A model generated the notes under the pieces. That model was not told where the DNA came from. It did no database searches and was given only the letters and a program-made list of their open reading frames with translations. The position numbers and the translations under genes were made by a program. This document shows positions 1-8,964 of a stretch of DNA of 64,000 nucleotides, one piece after another. The stretch is taken from the NCBI GenBank assembly GCA_963727215.1, contig CAVSFR010000006.1, forward strand, positions 319,761 to 383,760. Direction: 5' to 3'. Every line of letters starts with the position of its first letter. Position 1 is the first letter of the stretch. The DNA is from an uncultured Actinomycetota bacterium. Its GTDB lineage: Bacteria; Actinomycetota; Actinomycetes; Propionibacteriales; Propionibacteriaceae.

Positions 1-2
1 CC

Positions 3-356
3 GTCGTCGCGTACGACCCGAGCCTGCCGGTCCTCGGGCTTCCCGGCTCGGCGCTGCTGCGGATCGCCGCCGACCAGGGCCTGCGCGCGGTGACCGAGTA
101 CTTCATCGACCGGAACTACACCCCCGAGGGCCGGCTGGTGGACCGGCGGCGCCCGGACGCGATGGTGACCGACCACGACGAGGCTGCCGAACGGGCGGTG
201 GCTGCCGCGCGAGAGGGCCGGGCCGAGTCGATGTGCACCCACGGCGACTCCCCCGGCGCGGTCGCGATGGCGGGAACCGTCCGCGACGCCCTGACCTCGG
301 CCGGATTCACCGTCAACCCCTTCGTGCCCGCTCCCCCGAGGGCCGAGGTGCCGTGA
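3..356 (+). CDS. pxpA: 5-oxoprolinase subunit A (LamB/YcsF family), 5'-truncated by window edge
   Basis: Motifs EYFIDRNYTPEGRLV and CTHGDSPGA; GTGA overlap with next gene. Confidence 0.88.
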   Translation, partial: VVAYDPSLPVLGLPGSALLRIAADQGLRAVTEYFIDRNYTPEGRLVDRRRPDAMVTDHDEAAERAVAAAREGRAESMCTHGDSPGAVAMAGTVRDALTSAGFTVNPFVPAPPRAEVP

Positions 357-958
357 CCAGGCGGCTGCTGGACTACGGCGACGCCGCGGTGCTGCTCGAG
401 TGCGCGGACCTCGCCGAGGCGCTCAGCCTGGTCGCGCCCGTCCGCGAGCAGCTGGAGCCGGTGGTGGAGGTCGTACCCGGGGCCCGGACCCTGCTGCTTC
501 GGCTGGCCGCTCCGCTGACCAGCGCCCAGCGGGAGCTGCTGCTGACCCTGCCCGGCTCACCCCCAACAGCCGACGACCGGCCGCCGATCGAGATCGACGT
601 GCACTATGACGGTGCGGACCTCGCCGAGGTGGCGGAGCTGACGGGTCTGACCGTGGACGAGGTGGTCGACGCCCACACCGGGCAGACCTGGTCGGTCGGT
701 TTCTGCGGCTTCGCGCCCGGCTTCGGCTACCTGCGGGGCGAGCACGACCGGCTCCGGGTCCCCCGGCGCACCACCCCCCGGACCCGCGTCCCGGCCGGAT
801 CCGTGGCTCTCGCGGACGACTGGTCGGCGGTGTACCCGCGCGCCGGGCCCGGCGGCTGGCAGCTGATCGGCCGGACCGAGCGTCCGATGTGGGACCTCGA
901 CCGTGACCCGCCCGCGCTGCTCCAGCCCGGACTGCGACTCCGCTTCCGGCCGCTCTGA
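353..958 (+). CDS. pxpB: 5-oxoprolinase subunit B
   Basis: GTG 353 overlaps pxpA stop; motifs GFAPGFGYL, VPAGSVALA, YPRAGPGGWQLIGRT. Confidence 0.9.
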   Translation: MTRRLLDYGDAAVLLECADLAEALSLVAPVREQLEPVVEVVPGARTLLLRLAAPLTSAQRELLLTLPGSPPTADDRPPIEIDVHYDGADLAEVAELTGLTVDEVVDAHTGQTWSVGFCGFAPGFGYLRGEHDRLRVPRRTTPRTRVPAGSVALADDWSAVYPRAGPGGWQLIGRTERPMWDLDRDPPALLQPGLRLRFRPL

Positions 959-1022
959 GATGACACCGTCTGAGATGACACCGCCTGAGATGAGACCGCC
1001 TGCGATGACCCGTCTGCGATGA
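955..1022 (+). repeat. Tandem 15/14-bp repeat CTG(A/C)GATGA(C/G)ACCG(T/C), about 4.5 copies
   Basis: ctgagatgacaccgt / ctgagatgacaccgc / ctgagatgagaccgc / ctgcgatgacccgt / ctgcgatgac read directly. Confidence 0.9.
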
Positions 1023-1867
1023 CGCTGACGATCGAGCGCACCGGGCCGCTCGCCCTGCTGCAGGACCTCGGCCGGCCCGGCTACACCCACCTCGGCGTCT
1101 CGCCCTCGGGGGCGGCGGACCGGGGTGCGCACCGCCTCGCCAACCGTCTGGTCGGCAACCCGGAGGAGGCGGTGACCGTCGAGGTGACCCTCGGCGGCCT
1201 GGCTGTCCGGGCGACCGCGCTCACCGTCGTCGCGGTCACGGGCGCCATCACCACCGTCCGCCTCGACGACCGGCCCAGCTGTTCGCACTGCACCCTGACG
1301 CTGCGGCCGGGCAGCCGGTTGAGCATCGACACCCCGAGCTCGGGCCTGCGCAGCTACCTCGCCGTCCGCGGCGGCCTGCTGGCCCCGGCCACCCTGGGCA
1401 GCTGCGCCCGCGACGTGCTGTCCGGGCTCGGTCCCGAACCGCTGCGGGCCGGTGACGAGCTGCAGGTGGGACCGCCGCTGCGTCCGCTGCCCGACACCGA
1501 CTCCGCGCCGCCGCGACCAGACGACGCCGCCCTCCGGCTGCTGCCCGGACCCCGGCTCGACTGGTTCGACGACGCGGCCTGGGGCCTGCTGGTGGGTAGC
1601 AGCTGGACCGTCCGGCCCGAGCTCGACCGGGTCGCTGTCCGCCTCGACGGACCGGCCCTGACCCGGGTGGAGACCCGCGAGCTGCCGTCGGAGGGCTTGG
1701 TCCGCGGTGCCGTGCAGGTCCCCGCGTCCGGCCAGCCGCTGGTCTTCCTGGCCGATCACCCGGTGACCGGCGGCTACCCGGTCGTTGCGGTGGTCGACGA
1801 GCGCTCCTGCGACCGCGCCGCGCAGCTGCGGCCGGGTGACCGGGTGCGTTTCCGGGGGGACCGTTAG
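1019..1867 (+). CDS. pxpC: 5-oxoprolinase subunit C (biotin-dependent carboxyltransferase family)
   Basis: LLQDLGRPG, SGAAD, GLRSYLAVRGG, GAVQVP..GQP, DHPVTGGYPV motifs. Confidence 0.9.
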   Translation: MTLTIERTGPLALLQDLGRPGYTHLGVSPSGAADRGAHRLANRLVGNPEEAVTVEVTLGGLAVRATALTVVAVTGAITTVRLDDRPSCSHCTLTLRPGSRLSIDTPSSGLRSYLAVRGGLLAPATLGSCARDVLSGLGPEPLRAGDELQVGPPLRPLPDTDSAPPRPDDAALRLLPGPRLDWFDDAAWGLLVGSSWTVRPELDRVAVRLDGPALTRVETRELPSEGLVRGAVQVPASGQPLVFLADHPVTGGYPVVAVVDERSCDRAAQLRPGDRVRFRGDR

Positions 1868-1922
1868 AGTCAGCGGCTGCGCCCAGTGCGCGGCCGGGTG
1901 GTCATGAGGTCGAGGAGGACAC

Positions 1923-3695
1923 GTGGGGATCAGCAAGGTGCTCGTGGCGAACCGGGGCGAGATCGCCGTCCGGGTGATCCGCGCCGCCCGGGACGCCGGC
2001 CTGGCCAGCGTGGCCGTCTACGCCGACGCCGACCGGGACAGCCTCTTCGCCGGCCTGGCCGACGAGGCGTACGCCCTCGACGGCGCGACCCCGGCCGAGA
2101 CCTACCTCGACGTGGCCAAGATCCTCGCCATCGCCGCCCGGACGGGTGCCGACGCCGTGCACCCCGGCTACGGGTTCCTGGCCGAGAACGCCACCTTCGC
2201 CAGTGCGGTCACCGACGCCGGCCTGGTGTGGATCGGCCCGCCGCCGGCCGCGATCGAGGCCCTCGGCGACAAGGTCCAGGCCCGCCACATCGCCGAACGG
2301 GTGGGCGCACCCCTGGTTCCCGGCACCTCGGACCCCGTGGCCGACGCCTCGGAGGTGGTCGCCTTTGCCGAGGAGTTCGGGCTACCGATCGCCATCAAGG
2401 CCGCGTTCGGCGGCGGCGGCCGCGGACTCAAGGTGGCCCGTGAGCTGGCCGAGATCCCCGAGCTGTACGAGTCCGCCGTCCGCGAGGCCGTCACCGCCTT
2501 CGGCCGCGGCGAATGCTTTGTCGAGCGCTACCTGGACAAGCCCCGGCACGTCGAGACCCAGTGCCTGGCCGACAGCCACGGCAACGTCGTCGTCGTCTCC
2601 ACCCGTGACTGCTCGCTGCAGCGTCGCCACCAGAAGCTCGTCGAGGAGGCGCCGGCACCGTTCCTCACCGACGACCAGGTCGAGCGGCTCTACACCGCGT
2701 CGAAGGCGATTCTCAGCGAAGCCGGCTACGTCGGCGCCGGCACGTGTGAGTTCCTGGTCGGTCAGGACGGCACCATCTCCTTCCTCGAGGTGAACACCCG
2801 ACTTCAGGTGGAGCACCCGGTCTCGGAGGAGGTCACCGGGCTGGACCTGGTGCGCGAGATGTTCCGCATCGCCGATGGTGAGGCGCTTGGCTACGGCGAC
2901 CCGGTGGCTCGCGGGCACTCGATCGAGTTCCGCATCAACGCCGAGGACGCCGGCCGCAACTTCATGCCCGCCCCCGGCACGCTGACCGCCTGGCGGCCGC
3001 CGTCCGGACCGGGTGTGCGAGTCGACGAGGGCTACCTCGCGGGGATGACCGTGCCCGGCTCGTTCGACTCCCTGGTCGCCAAGATCATCGTGACCGGCGC
3101 CGACCGCGAGCAGGCCCTGGCCCGTTCGCGCCGCGCGCTGGCCGAGCTGGTGGTCGACGGGATGCCGACCGTGGTGCCGTTCCACCGGGCCGTCCTCGAC
3201 GACCCGGCCTTCACCGCGGCCGACGCCGTCTTCGGCGTCCACACCCGTTGGATCGAGACCGAGTTCACCGGCACCATCGCCCCCTACGAGGGCTCAGCCG
3301 AGCTGGCCGAGCCCGAGGGGCGCGAGAGCGTGGTGGTCGAGGTCAACGGGCACCGGCTCCAGGTCTCGCTGCCCGCCGGGCTGGGCGCGACGAACGGGGG
3401 CGCCTCCTCAACCGGTCGTGGGGCGCGAAAGCCCGCCCGTCGTGGTGGCAGCGGGGCGGCGAGCACGGCACCCTCGGGCGACGCCCTCACCTCACCGATG
3501 CAGGGGACCATCGTCAAGGTGGCGGTGGCCGACGGCGACGTCGTGGCGGCCGGCGACCTCGTCGTGGTGCTGGAGGCGATGAAGATGGAACAGCCCCTGA
3601 CAGCGCACAAGGCGGGCACGATCGCCCAGCTGAGTGCCGAGGTCGGCGCCACCGTGACCAGCGGTTCCAGCCTCTGCGACATCGTCGACAGCTGA
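1923..3695 (+). CDS. bccA: Acetyl/propionyl-CoA carboxylase alpha subunit (biotin carboxylase + BCCP)
   Basis: [45 protein letters not shown], biotinylation motif EAMKM. Confidence 0.95.
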   Translation: MGISKVLVANRGEIAVRVIRAARDAGLASVAVYADADRDSLFAGLADEAYALDGATPAETYLDVAKILAIAARTGADAVHPGYGFLAENATFASAVTDAGLVWIGPPPAAIEALGDKVQARHIAERVGAPLVPGTSDPVADASEVVAFAEEFGLPIAIKAAFGGGGRGLKVARELAEIPELYESAVREAVTAFGRGECFVERYLDKPRHVETQCLADSHGNVVVVSTRDCSLQRRHQKLVEEAPAPFLTDDQVERLYTASKAILSEAGYVGAGTCEFLVGQDGTISFLEVNTRLQVEHPVSEEVTGLDLVREMFRIADGEALGYGDPVARGHSIEFRINAEDAGRNFMPAPGTLTAWRPPSGPGVRVDEGYLAGMTVPGSFDSLVAKIIVTGADREQALARSRRALAELVVDGMPTVVPFHRAVLDDPAFTAADAVFGVHTRWIETEFTGTIAPYEGSAELAEPEGRESVVVEVNGHRLQVSLPAGLGATNGGASSTGRGARKPARRGGSGAASTAPSGDALTSPMQGTIVKVAVADGDVVAAGDLVVVLEAMKMEQPLTAHKAGTIAQLSAEVGATVTSGSSLCDIVDS

Positions 3696-3750
3696 TCTGA
3701 GAAAGCCCCCGCCCTGGGCGGGGCGTGAAAAGTCGGTAAGAAGAACACCC

Positions 3751-3771
3751 GACCCCGTGGCCGGGGTCTTT
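3751..3771 (+). terminator. Putative intrinsic terminator hairpin GACCCCG-tggc-CGGGGTC-TTT
   Basis: 7-bp GC stem plus TTT downstream of bccA; a second GC hairpin at about 3707-3723. Confidence 0.4.
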
Positions 3772-3791
3772 CCGGGGGGACACTGAAAGTC

Positions 3792-4610
3792 ATGGGTGAA
3801 TTCCTCGTCTTGCTGGTGATCGTGTTCCTGGTCGGTGGGGGGGCTGTCCTCTACCGCCGCCGGGCCCTCGCCCAGCAGCGAGCCCAGCAGCAGGCAGCAC
3901 TCGAGTCACAGCTGAGCACTTCCCGTCGGGCGGCCGACGAGGACGTCACCAAGTTCGGCGAAGAGCTCCAGCGGCTGGACATCGACGTCGCCGGCCATCC
4001 CCTCGACGAGGGGATGCAGCAGGACTACCAGCGCGCGCTCGACGCGTACGAGGACGCCAAGACCTCGCTCGACGCCGTCAAGCAGCCGGACGAGATCAAG
4101 CACGTCACCTCCATCCTCGAGGACGGCCGCTACGCGATCGCGTGCGTCAAGGCCCGAGTCGCGGGCAAGCCGCTGCCCGCCAAGCGCCCGCCCTGCTTCT
4201 TCAACCCCGCCCACGGGCCGAGCTCCCAGGACGTCGAGTGGGCTCCGCCGGGTGGCGCCGCTCGTTCGGTCCCTGCCTGCCCCGCCGACGCCGAGCGCGT
4301 GCTGGCCGGAGCCGACCCATACATCCGCACCGTCCAGGTCGGCGCGCAGCGCGTTCCCTACTGGGAGGGCGGCCCGGCCTACGCGCCCTGGGCGCAGGGC
4401 TACTACAGCCGCTGGAGTGGCAGTGACATGCTCTCCGGCATGCTCATCGGCAGCTTCCTCTTCGGCGGCATGGGCCCGATCTTCGGCGGTATCGGTGATG
4501 GCCTGGGCGGACTCGGTGAAGGCGTCGGCGACATGATGGGCGGCATCGGCGAAGGCCTCGGCGACGTCGGCGAGGGCATTGGCGACATGTTCGGCGGCTT
4601 CTTCGACTGA
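3792..4610 (+). CDS. Conserved actinobacterial-type hypothetical membrane-anchored protein
   Basis: N-terminal hydrophobic helix, coiled segment, PCFFNPAHGPS/VPAC motif, Gly/Asp-rich tail; typical GC3-rich codon usage. Confidence 0.75.
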   Translation: MGEFLVLLVIVFLVGGGAVLYRRRALAQQRAQQQAALESQLSTSRRAADEDVTKFGEELQRLDIDVAGHPLDEGMQQDYQRALDAYEDAKTSLDAVKQPDEIKHVTSILEDGRYAIACVKARVAGKPLPAKRPPCFFNPAHGPSSQDVEWAPPGGAARSVPACPADAERVLAGADPYIRTVQVGAQRVPYWEGGPAYAPWAQGYYSRWSGSDMLSGMLIGSFLFGGMGPIFGGIGDGLGGLGEGVGDMMGGIGEGLGDVGEGIGDMFGGFFD

Positions 4611-4651
4611 GGCTCGCCCCGCCCATGAGCGCTTCACGGGGCCTCTATCAA

Positions 4652-4674
4652 TAGAACGTCTGTTCTAGTATAAT
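4652..4674 (+). promoter_or_regulatory. LexA (SOS) box TAGAAC-GTCT-GTTCTA next to a TATAAT -10; likely leaderless transcript
   Basis: Palindrome 4652-4667 fits actinobacterial TCGAAC-N4-GTTCGA with symmetric C>A changes; TATAAT 4669-4674 lies 6 nt before ATG 4681. Confidence 0.75.
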
Positions 4675-4680
4675 CAGGTC

Positions 4681-6063
4681 ATGGCAGACGGTGGCGGTGT
4701 GGTGACACCGTTCGACCGCGCCTTGGACGATCTCGATGAGGTTGTCAGCCGCCTGGTTGACCTGGCCGGCGGTGACGGGCTGCTGGGGTACGGGGATGCC
4801 CGGCTGATCGAGGTGATGCAGCGTTTCGAGCGCCTGCGGAACCGGCTGCCGGGGGTCGACCACGGGTTCGTGGCGGCGGTGACCGACCGCGACCTGCCGG
4901 CCCGCCTCGTGTCGGGGTCGCCGACAAAACTGCTAGGCACGATGCTGCGACTGTCCCCGGCCGAGGCCTCCCGTCGGGTCCGCGCGGTAGCAGCCGTCGC
5001 CGAAGGGAGGTCGCCGACCGGCCAGCCGCTGCCTCCGGTGCGGCCGCTGCTCGCAGCCGCCCAGACGGCTGGTGAGGTGAGCGCCGAGCAGGTCGCGGTG
5101 ATCGAGTCGGCGTTGCGTCGGGTCGACCGGCCCGGGTTCGACCCGGCCCAGGTCACCGCCGGGGAGAAGCTGCTGGTCGGGTTCGCAGGAACCTTCGGAC
5201 CGCACGACCTGACCCGGTTGGCCCGTCAGGTGGTCGAGGCGATCGACCCCGACGGCAGCCTGCCCGACGACCAGGTGATCTCCGACCGCCGCTTCCTCCA
5301 CTTGCGCACCACCAGGGACGGCAGCACGGTCGGGGAGTTCCGGCTGACACCTGCCTGCGGGACCAAGCTGCAGACCGTCCTCGGACCGCTGACCCGCCCC
5401 CACCCCGACCTGCCGCTGGCAGCAGGCATGGCACCAGAGCGAGATGAGCGGGTCTACGTGCAGCGGATGCACGACGGGCTGGAAGAGATGTGCGACCGGC
5501 TGCTCCGCTCCGGCTCGCTCCCCGACAGCGGCGGAACCCCAGCCACCGTCGTGGTCACCATGACCGCCGACGACTTGATCCGCCGCACCGGGATGGCGAC
5601 CACCGCTGGCGGGTCGCCGATCTCGGTCAGGGAAGCGCTGCGGCTCGCCGGTGAGGCCGAGATCATTCCCGTCGTGCTGGCTGACGGCGGGGAGATTCTC
5701 ACCCTGGGCCGGACCCGACGGATCGCCTCCCCCACCCAAACCCTCGCCCTGAGCGCCCGCGACGGCGGCTGTTCCTTCCCCGGTTGCGACCGGCCCCCGG
5801 ACCTGTGCGAACGGCACCACATCACGGCGTGGGTCGACGGCGGAACCACCGACCTGGACAACCTGACCCTGCTCTGTCGCTACCACCACCACAACTTCGC
5901 CGGACGAGGCTGGACCTGCGAGCTGAACCTTGACCGGATACCGCAGTGGCGACCACCACGGTGGGTCGACCCCCAACGACGACCTCAGATCCACCACCGC
6001 ATCCTCACCGCCCAAGCCAGCCGCCAACTCCAGCACGCCGCTACCGCTGCCGCAGGCCCATGA
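4681..6063 (+). CDS. DUF222 (13E12-repeat family) protein with C-terminal HNH endonuclease domain
   Basis: LSARDGGCSFPGCDRP...CERHHITAWVDGGTTDLDNLTLLCRYHH HNH signature; 460-aa size and layout typical of the family. Confidence 0.9.
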   Translation: MADGGGVVTPFDRALDDLDEVVSRLVDLAGGDGLLGYGDARLIEVMQRFERLRNRLPGVDHGFVAAVTDRDLPARLVSGSPTKLLGTMLRLSPAEASRRVRAVAAVAEGRSPTGQPLPPVRPLLAAAQTAGEVSAEQVAVIESALRRVDRPGFDPAQVTAGEKLLVGFAGTFGPHDLTRLARQVVEAIDPDGSLPDDQVISDRRFLHLRTTRDGSTVGEFRLTPACGTKLQTVLGPLTRPHPDLPLAAGMAPERDERVYVQRMHDGLEEMCDRLLRSGSLPDSGGTPATVVVTMTADDLIRRTGMATTAGGSPISVREALRLAGEAEIIPVVLADGGEILTLGRTRRIASPTQTLALSARDGGCSFPGCDRPPDLCERHHITAWVDGGTTDLDNLTLLCRYHHHNFAGRGWTCELNLDRIPQWRPPRWVDPQRRPQIHHRILTAQASRQLQHAATAAAGP

Positions 6064-6072
6064 CCACTCGCG

Positions 6073-7008
6073 TCACAGCAGCCGGTCGACCAGAGAGGTC
6101 AGGGTCTCCGACGTCCCCTGCTCGAGCTTGAGGCTGGCCAGGTCGTCGCCGCGGGTCGGGCCGCGGTTGACGATCACCGTGGGCAGACCGCGTTTGGTCT
6201 GATGCCGGACGAAGCGCAGACCAGACATCACGGTCAGGGACGAGCCCAGCACGACCAACACCTCCGCCCGGTCGACCAGCGCGTACGCCTGCGCCACGCG
6301 CGGTCGGGGCACGGACTCCCCGAAGAAGACGACGTCCGGCTTCAGCACTCCGCCGCAGGTCTCGCAGTTCGCCAGCGCGAACTCGTGCCAGTCCTCGACC
6401 ACCGCGTCCCCGTCCGGCCTCATCTCCGCATGGAGCGGGGGGGTTCCGGGGGGTCGTCCCCCCCGAGAGGGCAGAGCGTGCTCGAGGCTGGGCGCCTCGG
6501 TGAGGCCGGGGTTCAGGGCGGCCAACCGCCGCTGCAGCTGCAGCCGCGGGGTCACCGCGTGGCAGCCGAGGCAGATCACGTCGGCGATCCGCCCGTGCAG
6601 GTCGATCACCTCCCGGCTGCCGGCCGCGGTGTGCAGCCCGTCGACGTTCTGGGTGAGCACGCCTTGGAGCGCCGCTGCCTCCAGGTCGACCAGAGCGTGG
6701 TGGCCGGCGTTGGGGTGGGCCTGGCCGATACGCCGCCAGCCGAGGTAGGACCGGGCCCAGTAGCGCTGCCTCGACTCCACGGAGCCGACGAACTCGCCGT
6801 ACTGCATCGGGGTCGCCCGCACAGACGTCGGTCCCCGGTAGTCGGGGATGCCTGAGTCGGTGCTCAGGCCCGCGCCGGTCAGTGCCACCCAACGACGCCC
6901 GCGCAACAGCTCGCTGACGGCCTCGACCGCCTCGACGGCGTCGACCTCGTCCAGCACGCTCACGGCACCGAAGGTACGTGAGTCCAGCAACCTCGGTCCT
7001 GCGACCAT
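6073..7008 (-). CDS. Sir2-family NAD-dependent protein deacylase (start uncertain)
   Basis: LTGAGLSTDSGIPDYRG, TQNVDGLH, LHG, CxxC..CxxC, KPDVVFFGE, GSSL motifs. Confidence 0.92.
   Translation of the reverse strand: MVAGPRLLDSRTFGAVSVLDEVDAVEAVEAVSELLRGRRWVALTGAGLSTDSGIPDYRGPTSVRATPMQYGEFVGSVESRQRYWARSYLGWRRIGQAHPNAGHHALVDLEAAALQGVLTQNVDGLHTAAGSREVIDLHGRIADVICLGCHAVTPRLQLQRRLAALNPGLTEAPSLEHALPSRGGRPPGTPPLHAEMRPDGDAVVEDWHEFALANCETCGGVLKPDVVFFGESVPRPRVAQAYALVDRAEVLVVLGSSLTVMSGLRFVRHQTKRGLPTVIVNRGPTRGDDLASLKLEQGTSETLTSLVDRLL
6433..6478. repeat. G/C-run palindromic element inside the Sir2 CDS
   Basis: gagcgggggggttccggggggtcgtcccccccgagagggcagagc; encodes PSRGGRPPGTPP on the - strand. Confidence 0.45.
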
Positions 7009-7014
7009 CGCCTG

Positions 7015-7033
7015 CCCCGAGCCTGTCGAGGGG
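7015..7033. repeat. Short REP-like element CCCCGAGCCTGTCGAGGGG
   Basis: Imperfect palindrome abutting the LpdA-like stop; resembles the CCCTGAGCCTGTCGAAGGG-type actinobacterial repeats as I recall them. Confidence 0.35.
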
Positions 7034-8455
7034 TCAGCTGATGATCGAGCGGGTGCCGTGCAGCCGTCGGGCCGCCTCGGCGATCGAGCCGGTCATCGAG
7101 GGGTAGACGGTGAAGGACTGCGAGACCTGGTCGACGGTCAGCCGCTCGGCCACGGCCATGGCCACCGGGTAGATCAGCTCGCTGGCCCGGGGAGCCACCA
7201 CGACGCCGCCCACGACGATGCCGGTGACGCTGCGGCAGAAGAGCTTCACGAAGCCGTCGCGGCTGCCCTGCATCTTGGCCCGCGGGTTCCCGCGCAGCGG
7301 CAGCGTGACCGAACGGGCGACCACCTCACCGGAGTCCACCTGGGTCTGGGTGACGCCGACCGTGGCGATCTCGGGTGAGGTGAAGACGTTGGAGGACACC
7401 GTCATCAGGTCCAGCGGCCCGACGGCGTCGCCGAGCATGTGCCACATCGCGATCCGGCCCTGCATGGCCGCGACCGAGGCCAGCGGGAGCACTCCGGTGC
7501 AGTCGCCGGCGGCGTAGACGCCGCGGGCCGAGGTCCGCGAGACGCGGTCGACGGTGATGAACCCACCGGCGTCGACAGCCACACCCGCCTCGGCCAGCCC
7601 CATGCTCGCGGTGTTGGGGACCGAACCCACCGCCATCAGGCAGTGCGAGCCGGTGACCACCCGGCCGTCGCCCAGCGTGACCTCGACGGTGTCCCCGTGC
7701 CGGGTGACCGAGGCGGCGCGGGACCGCGACATCACCGTCAGCCCCCGGCGGGCGAAGACGTCCTCGAGCACCTGGGCCGCGTCGGCGTCCTCACCGGGCA
7801 GCACGCGGTCGCGGGAGGAGATCAGCACGACGTCGCAGCCGAGGGCGTCGTACGCGCTGGCGAACTCGGCGCCGGTGACCCCGGAGCCGACGACGATCAG
7901 CCGGTCGGGCAGCGAGGTCAGGTTGTAGAGCTGGGTCCAGGTGAGGATCCGCTCCCCGTCCGGCTGGGCGGTGGGCAGCTGGCGCGGTGAGGCGCCGGTG
8001 GCGAGCAGCACCATGTCGGCGTCGAAGGCGCGCTCACCGTCGGCGGTCTCGGCGATCACCCGGTCCGGGCTCTCCAGCCGGCCGCGGCCGATGACGAGCT
8101 CGACGTTCTCGCGCTGGATCCGCTCGCAGATGTCCTCGGACTGCCTCTTGGCCAGGCCCAGCACCCGGGCGTTGACCGCGCCGAGGTCGATGCTGACGGT
8201 GGCGTCGATGCGCGCGTCCTCGTCCCCTCCGGACCCGCCCGTGCCGAAGCGCAGGCCGAGCTCGGCCGACTCGCGGACCTCGGTCATCACCTCGGCGGTC
8301 GCGATCAGCGTCTTCGACGGCACGCAGTCGGTCAGCACGGCCGAGCCGCCCAACCCGTCGGTGTCGATCAGGGTCACCTGACCGCCGAGCTGGCTGCCGA
8401 CCAGCGCCGCCTCGTATCCCCCGGGGCCACCGCCGACGATCACTACGCGAGTCAC
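7034..8455 (-). CDS. lpdA: NAD(P)H-quinone dehydrogenase (LpdA-like flavoprotein disulfide reductase family)
   Basis: GTG start VTRVVIVGGGPGGY; GGSAVLTDCVPSK has only one of the two redox cysteines; YAAGDCTG. Confidence 0.88.
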   Translation of the reverse strand: MTRVVIVGGGPGGYEAALVGSQLGGQVTLIDTDGLGGSAVLTDCVPSKTLIATAEVMTEVRESAELGLRFGTGGSGGDEDARIDATVSIDLGAVNARVLGLAKRQSEDICERIQRENVELVIGRGRLESPDRVIAETADGERAFDADMVLLATGASPRQLPTAQPDGERILTWTQLYNLTSLPDRLIVVGSGVTGAEFASAYDALGCDVVLISSRDRVLPGEDADAAQVLEDVFARRGLTVMSRSRAASVTRHGDTVEVTLGDGRVVTGSHCLMAVGSVPNTASMGLAEAGVAVDAGGFITVDRVSRTSARGVYAAGDCTGVLPLASVAAMQGRIAMWHMLGDAVGPLDLMTVSSNVFTSPEIATVGVTQTQVDSGEVVARSVTLPLRGNPRAKMQGSRDGFVKLFCRSVTGIVVGGVVVAPRASELIYPVAMAVAERLTVDQVSQSFTVYPSMTGSIAEAARRLHGTRSIIS

Positions 8456-8493
8456 CGCACCAGTCTTCCATGCGCGACCGGTACCCTCCCTGC

Positions 8494-8934
8494 GTGCTGT
8501 ACGCCGCCTACGGGAGCAACCTCGACCCCGCGCAGATGGCCGAACGCTGCCCGCACTCGCCGCTGCGGGGCACCGGGTGGCTGCAGGGCTGGCGGGTGAC
8601 GTTCGGGGGCGAGGGCTGGGACGGGCCGCTGCCGACGGTGGTCGAGGACGTCGGCGGACACGTCTTCGTCGGCCTGTACGACGTGACCACCCCCGACGAG
8701 GCAGCGCTCGACCAGTGGGAGAGCGCCGACTCCGGGCTGTACGAGAAGGTGCGGGTGCTCGTCGAGACGCTCGAGGGCGAGCAGACGGCCTGGGTCTACG
8801 TGCTGCACGACTTCGAGGGCGGGACCCCGAGCGCCCGTACGCTCGGCATCCTCGCCGACGCGGCCGAGGCCGCCGGTGCCCCTGACGACTATCTGGTCGA
8901 GCTGCGGTCACGCCCCTGCACCAGCGGTTGGTGA
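8494..8934 (+). CDS. Gamma-glutamylcyclotransferase family protein (start 8494 or 8470)
   Basis: LYAAYGSNL motif; divergent from lpdA as in the conserved actinobacterial arrangement. Confidence 0.8.
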   Translation: MLYAAYGSNLDPAQMAERCPHSPLRGTGWLQGWRVTFGGEGWDGPLPTVVEDVGGHVFVGLYDVTTPDEAALDQWESADSGLYEKVRVLVETLEGEQTAWVYVLHDFEGGTPSARTLGILADAAEAAGAPDDYLVELRSRPCTSGW

Positions 8935-8964
8935 CCTGCCGGCTCCGCCTTCTAGGATCCGGTC

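Noticed and set aside
4740-4750. Short arm-like matches to the 54-bp repeat (also 31052-31063 and 34578-34591)
   Set aside because: No partner arm at the 54-bp distance; two lie in ordinary coding sequence
7034-8455. LpdA-like protein as the E3 partner of the fused E1
   Set aside because: It has only one of the two redox cysteines (AVLTDCVPSK), the hallmark of the quinone-reductase subtype
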